Below are positions 1-9,233 of a stretch of 32,000 nucleotides of DNA, piece by piece (position 1 is the first letter of the stretch; the number at the start of each line of letters is the position of its first letter). The DNA comes from Geobacter sulfurreducens PCA. Its GTDB lineage: Bacteria; Desulfobacterota; Desulfuromonadia; Geobacterales; Geobacteraceae. The notes beneath the pieces were generated by a model that did not search any database, had not been told where the DNA came from, and saw nothing but the letters and a program-made list of their open reading frames with translations. The position numbers and the translations under genes are program-made. The stretch is taken from NCBI RefSeq assembly GCF_000007985.2, contig NC_002939.5:3660001-3692000 (forward strand). Reading direction: 5' to 3'.

Positions 1-25
1 TGGTCTCGTCGAACACCTTGCGCAT
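1..25 (-). CDS. 5' end (first 8 codons, MRKVFDET) of an unidentified gene that runs off the left edge
   Basis: ATG at 25 on the minus strand, preceded by AAGGAGGA (complement of 32-39) at about 6 nt. Too short to assign a product. Confidence 0.4.
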
Positions 26-67
26 CAGCGTTCCTCCTTCAACCGGCGGCAAATCGCAGGGACGGGC

Positions 68-1522
68 TCAAAATATCTCGAAGAACTGGCCGGTTCCCAG
101 CTTGTGGACCTTCATGAGGTTGGTGGACCCCCGGGCCTCCACCGGCACACCCATGGTGATGACCACCACGTCGCCCTTGCGGTAGCCACCGGACAGGAGC
201 GTCGACTCCACGGCCACTATCTGCTCGTCGGTGCCGGCCATGGTGCCGATGGGGTATGCCTTGACTCCCCAGTAGAGCGACAGCCGTCGCATGGTGTCCA
301 CCGAACCGGTGAAGGCGAGGATCGGCAGCGGAGGCCGGTAGCGTGAGATGCGGGCAGCCGTGCTCCCCGACTGGGTCATGCAGGCCACGGCCTTCGCCTT
401 CAGAATGACGGCAGCGTGGCAGGCGGCCTCGGCCACCGCCTCGGCGATGCTGACGCTGTGGCGGCGTGGCCCCGAGCCGTCCTCCACCTGAGCGAAGCGC
501 TCAACGTCGAGGGCCACCTTGTCCATGGTACGCACCGCTTCCAGGGGAAACTGCCCCGAGGCGGTCTCACCCGAGAGCATGACCGCATCGGTTCCGTCGA
601 GGATGGCGTTGGCCACGTCCGAGGTCTCGGCCCGGGTGGGGCGCGGATGGCTAATCATGGATTCAAGCATCTGGGTGGCGGTGATCACCGGTTTGCCGGC
701 CTCGTTGCAGGCCCGGATGATCTTTTTCTGGAACAGGGGGACCTTTTCCGGGCTGATTTCCACCCCCAGATCGCCCCGGGCCACCATGACCGCATCGGCA
801 ACCTTGAGGATGCTTTTGAAGTTGCGCAGGGCCTCGGGCTTCTCGATCTTGGCCACCACCGGCACCTGGACGTCCCGTTCGAAGAGGATCCGCTTCAGCC
901 CCTCCACGTCGGCGGCAGTGCGGACAAAGGACAGGGCAATGTAGTCGACCCCCACCTCCAGGCAGAAATCCAGATCGCGGAGGTCCTTCTCCGACAGCGA
1001 CGGCGCAGAAACCTTGACGCCGGGGAGGTTGATCCCTTTCAGATCCTTGAGCATGCCCCCCTGGACCACGGTGCAACGGACCGTGGCGCCGGACACGGAC
1101 TGGACCCGCAACTCGATAAGGCCGTCGTCCAGCAGGATGCGTGAGCCGGGCTTCACGTCGTGGGGGAGAGACTGGTAGATGGTGGAAATGAGACCGGGGC
1201 GCCCCAGGACCTCATCGGTGGTAATGTCGAGCGAGTCGCCCCGCACCAGCGGAATGGCACCGTTCTCCATCCTGCCGGTCCTGATCTTGGGCCCCTGGAG
1301 ATCGGCCAGAATGCCTATCTCCTTGCCCCGTTCGGCGGAAAGACGCCGGATGGCGGCGATTACCTCCCGCCGCTGGTCGTTGGAGCCGTGGGAAAAGTTG
1401 AGCCGGAAGACATCGACTCCTGCGTCCATCAGCTGCCGGATCATGTCGGGCGAGGAGCTGACGGGCCCCAGAGTGGCGATGATCTTGGTTTTGCGTGACA
1501 GTGTATCCATGGGCTTCGGCAT
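68..1522 (-). CDS. pyk: pyruvate kinase
   Basis: 484-aa ORF with RKTKIIATLGP...FRLNFSHGS at the N-terminus and internal MVARGDLGVE and ATQMLESM motifs typical of pyruvate kinase. An in-frame ATG at 1510 is an alternative start. Neither start has a clear SD. Confidence 0.95.
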   Translation of the reverse strand: MPKPMDTLSRKTKIIATLGPVSSSPDMIRQLMDAGVDVFRLNFSHGSNDQRREVIAAIRRLSAERGKEIGILADLQGPKIRTGRMENGAIPLVRGDSLDITTDEVLGRPGLISTIYQSLPHDVKPGSRILLDDGLIELRVQSVSGATVRCTVVQGGMLKDLKGINLPGVKVSAPSLSEKDLRDLDFCLEVGVDYIALSFVRTAADVEGLKRILFERDVQVPVVAKIEKPEALRNFKSILKVADAVMVARGDLGVEISPEKVPLFQKKIIRACNEAGKPVITATQMLESMISHPRPTRAETSDVANAILDGTDAVMLSGETASGQFPLEAVRTMDKVALDVERFAQVEDGSGPRRHSVSIAEAVAEAACHAAVILKAKAVACMTQSGSTAARISRYRPPLPILAFTGSVDTMRRLSLYWGVKAYPIGTMAGTDEQIVAVESTLLSGGYRKGDVVVITMGVPVEARGSTNLMKVHKLGTGQFFEIF

Positions 1523-1527
1523 AGGCG

Positions 1528-1875
1528 TCAGTGGTGGAATTTGCCGACCCGTCCCTTATGGGCCGGACTCGGAGACTTGTGGCACTCGAAGCAGGGAAGT
1601 TCGTCCACCTTGCGGATGTCGAGGCTCGACCGCGGACGATCGGTGGGGGGAACGTTGTACGTCTCGGTCTGGAAGTAGGGGCGGTCGCTGCCGCGCTCAT
1701 CGGTCAGGGCAACGGTGCGATAGGATACCTGCCAGTTTGCGCTGATGGGAACGGTATGGCACTGATCGCAACCGCCCGGCGGAGGAATAGCCTTCCAGGA
1801 CATCAGCATGGCGCAACCGCTGGCCAGCGACAGCATGGCCACGAATGCCAGAAGTGTGAAAACTCGGGTGAGCAT
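1528..1875 (-). CDS. diheme c-type cytochrome lipoprotein (small, uncharacterised)
   Basis: Start chosen at the internal ATG 1875 because AAGGAG lies 7 nt upstream. The N-terminus MLTRVFTLLAFVAMLSLASGC is a lipoprotein signal with lipobox LASG/C. Two CXXCH heme motifs are present (CDQCH, CFECH). The stop is only 5 nt from the pyk start. Confidence 0.8.
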   Translation of the reverse strand: MLTRVFTLLAFVAMLSLASGCAMLMSWKAIPPPGGCDQCHTVPISANWQVSYRTVALTDERGSDRPYFQTETYNVPPTDRPRSSLDIRKVDELPCFECHKSPSPAHKGRVGKFHH

Positions 1876-1984
1876 GAGGCACTCCTTGATGGGTGGTCGT
1901 TTACGGCATGAGAAAGCATAGCACAAGAGGAGGGCAAAACAAACCCGGTGGGTGGCGTAACCCCCTTGAAAGGCAGGGGCGGCG

Positions 1985-2013
1985 AAAAAACGGGCCGGCA
2001 GATGTCCGCCGGC
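1985..2013 (-). terminator. putative Rho-independent terminator after the DAHP synthase gene
   Basis: On the minus strand, GCCGGC-8 nt loop-GCCGGC (2013..1994) is followed by CCG and TTTTTT (complement of the A-run 1985-1990), 11 nt after the stop codon. Confidence 0.5.
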
Positions 2014-2024
2014 GCCGCCCTGGA

Positions 2025-3035
2025 TCAGAAGCCGAGGAACTCGTTGAGCCGCCGGATCTCGCCCATGAGTGCCTCGAAGCCGTGGAAAGTGAGAGACTGG
2101 GGGCCGTCCGAGAGGGCCTTGTCCGGCTCCGGGTGGACCTCCACGAGGACACCGTGGGCTCCTGCCACCAGCGCCGCCTTGGCCATGGGCGCCACGAGGC
2201 TCCGCTTTCCGGTGGCGTGGGAGGGGTCAACCATGACCGGCAGATGGGTCATCTCCCGGATGAGGGGCACCACCGCCAGGTCGAGGGTATTGCGGGTGGC
2301 GGTCTCGAAGGTCCGGATCCCCCGCTCGCAGAGGATCACCTGGCCGTTGCCCTCAGCCAAAATGTATTCGGCCGCGGCCAGAAATTCCTCCAGAGTAGCA
2401 CTCATCCCCCGCTTGAGGAGCACTGGCTTGCGGATTCGGCCCAACTCCTTGAGCAGTTCGAAGTTTTGCATGTTGCGCGCGCCAACCTGGAGGAGGTCGG
2501 CATATTCCGCCACAAGTCCCACCGTGTCGGGACTCATGACCTCGGTCACGATGGGAAGTCCCGTCTCCCGGCGGGCAATGGCCAGAAGCTTCAGCCCTTC
2601 CTCCCGCAGCCCCTGGAAGGTATGGGGACCGGTGCGGGGTTTGAAGGCGCCCCCCCGCAGAAGATCAGCTCCGTATTTTTTCACCGCCCGCGCGGTCCGG
2701 ACGATCTGCTCCTCCCCTTCCACGGCGCAGGGGCCGGCCACCACTACAGGGCGCTTCCCCTCGCCGATGGCCACGTCGCCCACCTTCACCACCGTATGGC
2801 GCGGGTGGAAGTCGCGGGAAACGAGCTTATAGGGTTTGGAGACATGGATGACCTCCTGAACGCCGGGCAGATCCCGGATGGTGGTATCATCCACATACCC
2901 GTGATTGCCGAGGACGCCGATGGCTGTCCGTTCGCTGCCGGGAATGGGCGCCGCCGTAAGTCCCATCTGCTCCACCGCCTTCACTACCGCCTCGATTTGT
3001 TTCGGTCCAGCCTTGTGGTTCATGACAATCAGCAC
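2025..3035 (-). CDS. aroF: 3-deoxy-7-phosphoheptulonate (DAHP) synthase, type I-beta with N-terminal regulatory domain
   Basis: 336-aa ORF with a GTG start and a G-rich SD just upstream. Core motifs are KPRTGPHTFQGL, LLKRG, VDPSH and EVHPEPDKALSDGPQSL. A roughly 65-aa ferredoxin-like N-terminal extension (MLIVMNHKAG...) resembles Thermotoga-type enzymes. Confidence 0.93.
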   Translation of the reverse strand: MLIVMNHKAGPKQIEAVVKAVEQMGLTAAPIPGSERTAIGVLGNHGYVDDTTIRDLPGVQEVIHVSKPYKLVSRDFHPRHTVVKVGDVAIGEGKRPVVVAGPCAVEGEEQIVRTARAVKKYGADLLRGGAFKPRTGPHTFQGLREEGLKLLAIARRETGLPIVTEVMSPDTVGLVAEYADLLQVGARNMQNFELLKELGRIRKPVLLKRGMSATLEEFLAAAEYILAEGNGQVILCERGIRTFETATRNTLDLAVVPLIREMTHLPVMVDPSHATGKRSLVAPMAKAALVAGAHGVLVEVHPEPDKALSDGPQSLTFHGFEALMGEIRRLNEFLGF

Positions 3036-3156
3036 GAATCCCCCCCCGGTTCCCGAATGAAACAGCTTTCACGCATCGTGTTACGATACCAGACCGCCCC
3101 CGCAGGGGTCAACGGCTAAGAGCCGGTCGCGCCGGCGGATATCACCTAACGGCTGG

Positions 3157-3184
3157 TTGCTTTTTCGACGCGTTCCGGTACAAT
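3157..3184 (+). promoter_or_regulatory. putative sigma70-type promoter for the cytochrome c/DUF507 operon
   Basis: TTGCTT (3157-3162), 16-nt spacer, TACAAT (3179-3184), about 30 nt upstream of the coding start. Confidence 0.4.
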
Positions 3185-3212
3185 GGGCTGACTCGATTCC
3201 AGACCAAGGAGA

Positions 3213-3527
3213 ATGCCCGTGACCAAGGCCGTTGCCGTTATCCTCGCCGCCGGCGCGCTCTGCGCCTCCTCCGTCCCAACCTTCGCCGCCGCATCGGGAG
3301 AGAAACTCTTCGCAGAGAAGTGCGCCATGTGCCACAAAGTGAAGGGTGCGGGCGGAATCCTCGGCCCGGATCTGACAAAAGTGGGAGCAACGCGGAATGA
3401 ATCGTTCCTGCGCGAACAGCTGACAAACCCCAAGAAAATGAATCCTGCCACCACCATGCCGTCTTTCAAGGGCCTGCCCAAGCAAGAGCAGGACGCGCTG
3501 GTCAACTACCTGAAAGGCCTGCGGTAG
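3213..3527 (+). CDS. monoheme class I cytochrome c, exported
   Basis: Signal peptide (AVAVILAAGALCASSVPTFAAA), a single CAMCH heme motif and a candidate distal Met in ATTMPSF. AAGGAG at 3206-3211 is better spaced for GTG 3219, so the true start may be 3219. Confidence 0.85.
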   Translation: MPVTKAVAVILAAGALCASSVPTFAAASGEKLFAEKCAMCHKVKGAGGILGPDLTKVGATRNESFLREQLTNPKKMNPATTMPSFKGLPKQEQDALVNYLKGLR

Positions 3528-3533
3528 ACGCCC

Positions 3534-3818
3534 GTGCGACTGAAGGACGAACAGATAGCCCGGCTGGCCGAGCGCCTCCTGGAGGGGCTCACGGCCGCCG
3601 GCCTCATCACCCTCAAAGCCGAGCGGGGCAAGATCCTCGACGGCATCAGGCGCGCCGTTGCCACCGACATCAAGGGTGAGGAGGAACTGGAAAAAGAGGC
3701 AGAACGGCTTCTGGAGCAGACCCTCCGTTCCATGGGCAGCGGGGCAGGCATCGACCGCCACCGGATGCTCAAGATGATCAAGGACAAGCTGGCGAAAGAC
3801 CGCGGCGTGGTTCTCTGA
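3534..3818 (+). CDS. DUF507 family protein (paralogue 1)
   Basis: 94-aa highly charged helical protein with a GTG start 6 nt after the cytochrome c stop. I recognise it as DUF507-like from its size, charge pattern and tandem arrangement. Needs HMM confirmation. Confidence 0.6.
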   Translation: MRLKDEQIARLAERLLEGLTAAGLITLKAERGKILDGIRRAVATDIKGEEELEKEAERLLEQTLRSMGSGAGIDRHRMLKMIKDKLAKDRGVVL

Positions 3819-3841
3819 TCCCTGCCGTTCGGAGCGTACCC

Positions 3842-4114
3842 ATGAGCATATCCGAAGACCGCATCTCGCACCTGGCACACCGCATCTACGACCGGCTCTG
3901 GAAGGACGACTTGGCTGACTTCGCCGACGAGCGTCAGGCACTGCACTGTCTCAAGGAGGGGATCGCCTCGTTCTTCGCCGTCGCCGGTGAGGTGGATGCC
4001 GCGGTGCGCAGAAAGCTGGCCTCCTACTCCCAGGCAAAGGTTCCCGGCAGCCGGGACTACGAAATTCTGTACCAGAAGTTCTACCAGGAAGAGATGGCAA
4101 AACGGAAATGGTGA
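3842..4114 (+). CDS. DUF507 family protein (paralogue 2)
   Basis: 90-aa helical charged protein directly downstream of paralogue 1, with a matching N-terminal pattern (DEQIARLAERLLEGL versus EDRISHLAHRIYDRL). Confidence 0.6.
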   Translation: MSISEDRISHLAHRIYDRLWKDDLADFADERQALHCLKEGIASFFAVAGEVDAAVRRKLASYSQAKVPGSRDYEILYQKFYQEEMAKRKW

Positions 4115-4671
4115 CGTTCGCCGGCACGCTCCGCATCCGCGCCGTCCTGCTGCTCGTCGTTGCCTGTTCCTGGCTGTTCTTCGGCTGCACGCCCCGGCCG
4201 GCCGTCTCCGTTTCCCCGGACTTCCGTCCCACCGGCGGGGTGGAGACCGCTTACGTTGTCCCCTTCGCGTCGGCCCTGGTCCCCGAGCTGTTCTCCGAGA
4301 CTGCATTCAACGACTTCGTCGACCTCCTGAACGGCCGGCGGGGGGAGACCGGTATTGCGTCCTTTGTCATCCTCAAGGAGGAGGTCAAGGAGGTGGACCC
4401 GACATGGCTCGACCGCCAACACTACATCTCCGGCGATATCTGGAGCTATGTTGAGGATTCAGGGTGCTGCGCCACCAGCATCAGGGTGAAGGCGCGAGCC
4501 TACCTCCACGAACCGGGCAGAAAAGATCCGGTAGCCGAGATCTTCGTCCCCCTTGAGGCCTTCTTCGATCACGACCGGTCAACGGTCGAGCGGGAGCGCG
4601 ACCGGCTGGCCCGCACCCTCGCCCGCGAGCTCGCCGACCGCTTCGCGGTCATTCTTGCCCCGCGCCGCTAA
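4108..4671 (+). CDS. hypothetical lipoprotein
   Basis: 187-aa ORF whose ATG overlaps the preceding stop (ATGGTGA, 4108-4114). The N-terminal hydrophobic segment ends in LFFGC (lipobox-like). No recognisable catalytic motif. Confidence 0.6.
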   Translation: MVTFAGTLRIRAVLLLVVACSWLFFGCTPRPAVSVSPDFRPTGGVETAYVVPFASALVPELFSETAFNDFVDLLNGRRGETGIASFVILKEEVKEVDPTWLDRQHYISGDIWSYVEDSGCCATSIRVKARAYLHEPGRKDPVAEIFVPLEAFFDHDRSTVERERDRLARTLARELADRFAVILAPRR

Positions 4672-4789
4672 GCCAGCCCTCCTTCCCGGCCGCGTCTTTT
4701 CGTGTCACCTTCCCGCCAATAACGCATCAGGAGCCCGCCGGCGGCACTCCCGGAGAAGCCGCTCCGCAAAAAAATTTTGCCCCGGGGTC

Positions 4790-4818
4790 TTGATTTTTGA
4801 CGACGGGGTGACTATAGT
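4790..4818 (+). promoter_or_regulatory. groESL promoter (sigma70-type)
   Basis: TTGATT (4790-4795), 17-nt spacer, TATAGT (4813-4818), immediately upstream of the CIRCE operator. Confidence 0.6.
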
Positions 4819-4827
4819 TACCACGTG

Positions 4828-4854
4828 TTAGCACTCAGTCGTATCGAGTGCTAA
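4828..4854 (+). promoter_or_regulatory. CIRCE operator (HrcA binding site)
   Basis: Perfect match to the consensus TTAGCACTC-N9-GAGTGCTAA, located between the promoter and the groES start. Confidence 0.95.
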
Positions 4855-4907
4855 TTTTTTTCGATGAAAACTCTCGAGCATATCATGGAAGAAAGGAGAA
4901 GAAGCAG

Positions 4908-5195
4908 ATGAATCTCAGACCGTTGCAAGACCGTATCCTCGTGAAAAGAATCGAGGAGGAGACCAAGACCGCCGGCGGCATCTTCATCCCCGACACAGCC
5001 AAGGAGAAGCCCCAGCGCGGCGAGATCGTGGCCGTCGGTAACGGCAAGAAGACCGAGGACGGCAAGGTGATCCCCGTTGATCTCAAGGTAGGTGACAAGG
5101 TTCTGTTCGGCAAGTATGCCGGCACCGACATCAAGATCGAGGGGCAGGAGTTCCTCATCATGCGCGAGGACGACATCCTGGGCGTGATCGAGTAA
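4908..5195 (+). CDS. groES: co-chaperonin GroES
   Basis: 95-aa product [14 protein letters not shown]...[13 protein letters not shown], with AGGAGA SD upstream of ATG 4908. The longer ORF from 4848 would start inside CIRCE and is rejected. Confidence 0.97.
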   Translation: MNLRPLQDRILVKRIEEETKTAGGIFIPDTAKEKPQRGEIVAVGNGKKTEDGKVIPVDLKVGDKVLFGKYAGTDIKIEGQEFLIMREDDILGVIE

Positions 5196-5252
5196 CCGAC
5201 ACCACGCCGGACAGCACAGCACTACCCGAGTGAACCAATCCAAGGAGGATAG

Positions 5253-6893
<1,641 letters not shown>

Positions 6894-6923
6894 TCAGCCT
6901 GCCGTCCAGGTCTGTATCACAAT

Positions 6924-6959
6924 AAAAAAGGAGAAGGGCTTCGGTCCTTCTCCTTTTTT
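6924..6959 (+). terminator. Rho-independent terminator after groEL (A-run/T-run flanked, potentially bidirectional)
   Basis: GGAGAAGG (6930-6937) pairs with CCTTCTCC (6946-6953). It is flanked by AAAAAA upstream and TTTTTT (6954-6959) downstream. Confidence 0.85.
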
Positions 6960-7150
6960 CGTGCCCGGCATCTCCACCCCGCCAAACGTGCCCACCGCCT
7001 CGCCCCCATCACAGCCTTCTAAAAACCAAATGTACTCAAGATAGTTACACAACAAGACTGTTTTTGTCTTGATGGTGCAACCCCGAAAACCGTGTATACT
7101 GAAAGGGTCAAACGACCAAATTCGCGTTCCGAAGACTCCACGACGGGGGG

Positions 7151-9217
7151 ATGAGAATGAGGACCAATGCCATGAGCACCCTTAAACAGCACGTGACCGC
7201 CGTAAAGGAAGGGAAGCGGCGCTTCGAGAACGCCTTCCAGGGGGTGGCCCGGATGATCCTGGAACAGGGGATCGACAAGGTCACCGTCAACGGCCGGATG
7301 ACCTATGATTTCCGCATTTTCCGCACCGGCCGCAAGCACCCTATCGGCATGTATGACGAAATCAACAGTTTCGTCTCCTTTGTGAAGGATGCGGCCGAGG
7401 GGGGATCATCCAAGGAGATGGCCTTTGTGCTGGTGGGTGAGCCGGGCAACGGTAAGACTTTTTTCGTGGAGTTCGTCTGCGCGCGCTATCGCGATTACCT
7501 GACGCGGGATGAAAACCGCAAATACACCTTCCGTTTTTCCGGCATGGAAAAACTGGGAAGCTACGGCAAGATCGACGTAATCGAGTCCCAGACCTACGAA
7601 GACCCCATGGTGCTGGCCATGAACCTCTTCGAGAGCCGGGACGAGAACCGCGAGTGGCTGGCCCGGGAATTCGGCTTCTCGGACCGGGAGCTGGAGGGCC
7701 TCTTCGACAACTACCGCCCGCTCGGGGCCTGCACGGGCTACATGTGGAGCGACATCCGGCGCTTCACTGACGGTGATGCCGCGGCCATGCTCGATTTCGT
7801 GCAGGTGGTTCCGGTGCCGCTCATCGAGACCCTGGGGACCATTACCGGCAAGTACGCGGCCAAGGACAAGATCACCTCCAGCGCGGTGGACCTGCTGGGA
7901 GAGGAATCGATCCAGCGGTTGCTCCACATCACCGACGTGACCAACCCCTACCGCTTCGACCTGCGGCGCGGCGCCCTGGCCCGGGTGGCGGGGGGCGGCA
8001 TCCATTTCTCCGACGAAATCTACAAGAACAAGAAGGATCTGGTCCAAGTCTACCTGGGGGTCATCCAGAACCGGGTCATCGAGATCGACGGCTACCGCTG
8101 GCCCATCGATACCCTGATCATCGCCACCAGCAACAACGCCGAGTTCAACCGCTTCCTGGCCGAGAAGGAGGAGGCCCCAATCATCGACCGGTGCCGCATC
8201 TGCTACGTCTCCCACAACACCCATTACCGCATGCAGGAGCAGCTGACCGATTACGCCATCGGCGGGGAAACCAAGACGACCCTCACCAAGGAGGAACTCC
8301 ACCAAGACCCGAACCTGAACTACGCCGCAAGCGTGGCGGTGACCCTTTCGCGGCTCCCCCGGTCCGAAAAGCTCACCCCCATCGAGACCATGAAACTGGC
8401 CGCCGGCGAGGTAGCCGGCGAAAAGAGCCTCAAAACCCTTGCCGAGGTGGTCGACACCCTCAACCAGGAGGCGGACATCACCAAGAGATTCGGCCAGAAG
8501 GGACTTGGCCAGCGAAACCTGGGGCGGTCAATCCAGCTCCTGGTAGAGAGCTCCGAAACCAACGAAGGGCGCTGCATGGTGGCCCACGACGTGTTCAAAT
8601 CCCTGGAGCGGGTGGTCCTCGACTATGTCCCGGACCAGAACGACCGGGGCAAGTACCTGGACGACCTGAAGATCGCCAAGGGGCTCTACCGGGAACGGAT
8701 CATGACCGAGATGTTCAACGCCTACATGGATGAGCCCTACGCCATCAAGAAGGACGTCATGAACTACGTGAACATGATCATCGGCATCGACGCCGAGAAC
8801 CTGGGCCCCGACCGGATGTGGAAATACAAGGACCCCCAGTCCGGCGAGCTGAAGGCCCTGAAGATCGATGAGCGCTACATCCGCAACGTGGAAGACCGGC
8901 TGGGGCTGCGAACCGACGAGCAGCGCGAGAGCTTCCGCACCTCAATCCGGAAGATCTACGGCCAGAAGATATCAGTAGAGCCCTCCTACGACTTCATGGA
9001 CAACCTGGAGCTGGTCAAGGCGGTGACCGACGTGCGGCTCAAGAGCGACATCGCCGGTGCCGGCAGCCTGATCGGGGCCCTGGCCAACCGGACCAACGAG
9101 GAAAACCAGAAGCTCTACGACCGGATGGTGGATACCATGCTCAAGAAGCTGGGCTACTGCCGGACCTGTGCCCAGAAGACCATCGAGTACTTCTGCACCC
9201 AGGAAGACGAAATTTAG
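7151..9217 (+). CDS. prkA: PrkA family protein (AAA-type P-loop N-domain plus PrkA C-domain; annotated serine protein kinase)
   Basis: 688-aa ORF with Walker A LVGEPGNGKT and a Walker B-like GGIHFSDE. The long C-terminal domain ends in the PrkA/YeaG-like pattern ...MLKKLGYCRTCAQKTIEYF. It sits immediately upstream of a yeaH-like gene, as in E. coli yeaG-yeaH. In-frame ATGs at 7157 and 7172 are alternative starts. Confidence 0.9.
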   Translation: MRMRTNAMSTLKQHVTAVKEGKRRFENAFQGVARMILEQGIDKVTVNGRMTYDFRIFRTGRKHPIGMYDEINSFVSFVKDAAEGGSSKEMAFVLVGEPGNGKTFFVEFVCARYRDYLTRDENRKYTFRFSGMEKLGSYGKIDVIESQTYEDPMVLAMNLFESRDENREWLAREFGFSDRELEGLFDNYRPLGACTGYMWSDIRRFTDGDAAAMLDFVQVVPVPLIETLGTITGKYAAKDKITSSAVDLLGEESIQRLLHITDVTNPYRFDLRRGALARVAGGGIHFSDEIYKNKKDLVQVYLGVIQNRVIEIDGYRWPIDTLIIATSNNAEFNRFLAEKEEAPIIDRCRICYVSHNTHYRMQEQLTDYAIGGETKTTLTKEELHQDPNLNYAASVAVTLSRLPRSEKLTPIETMKLAAGEVAGEKSLKTLAEVVDTLNQEADITKRFGQKGLGQRNLGRSIQLLVESSETNEGRCMVAHDVFKSLERVVLDYVPDQNDRGKYLDDLKIAKGLYRERIMTEMFNAYMDEPYAIKKDVMNYVNMIIGIDAENLGPDRMWKYKDPQSGELKALKIDERYIRNVEDRLGLRTDEQRESFRTSIRKIYGQKISVEPSYDFMDNLELVKAVTDVRLKSDIAGAGSLIGALANRTNEENQKLYDRMVDTMLKKLGYCRTCAQKTIEYFCTQEDEI

Positions 9218-9233
9218 CAGAGCCTAGTCAGCC

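Noticed and set aside
1893-3119. 408-aa ORF antisense to the DAHP synthase gene
   Set aside because: The opposite strand encodes a full-length, motif-rich DAHP synthase. The antisense product is Arg/Gly/His/Pro-rich with no motifs.
4848-4907. N-terminal extensions offered by the ORF track (groES from 4848, hslO from 19452, cyclase from 20452, rluA-family from 24980, diheme cytochrome from 1926)
   Set aside because: In each case an internal ATG has a properly spaced SD and gives the expected family N-terminus. The extension overlaps an operator, intergenic region or upstream gene.
7069-7100. Canonical sigma70 or sigma54 promoter for prkA (TTGATG...TATACT; TGGTGCAACC)
   Set aside because: The -35/-10 spacing is 20 nt, outside the usual 16-18. 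The TGGTGC segment lacks the GG-N10-GC geometry and TTGC element of sigma54 promoters. It is kept only as part of the AT-rich-island observation.
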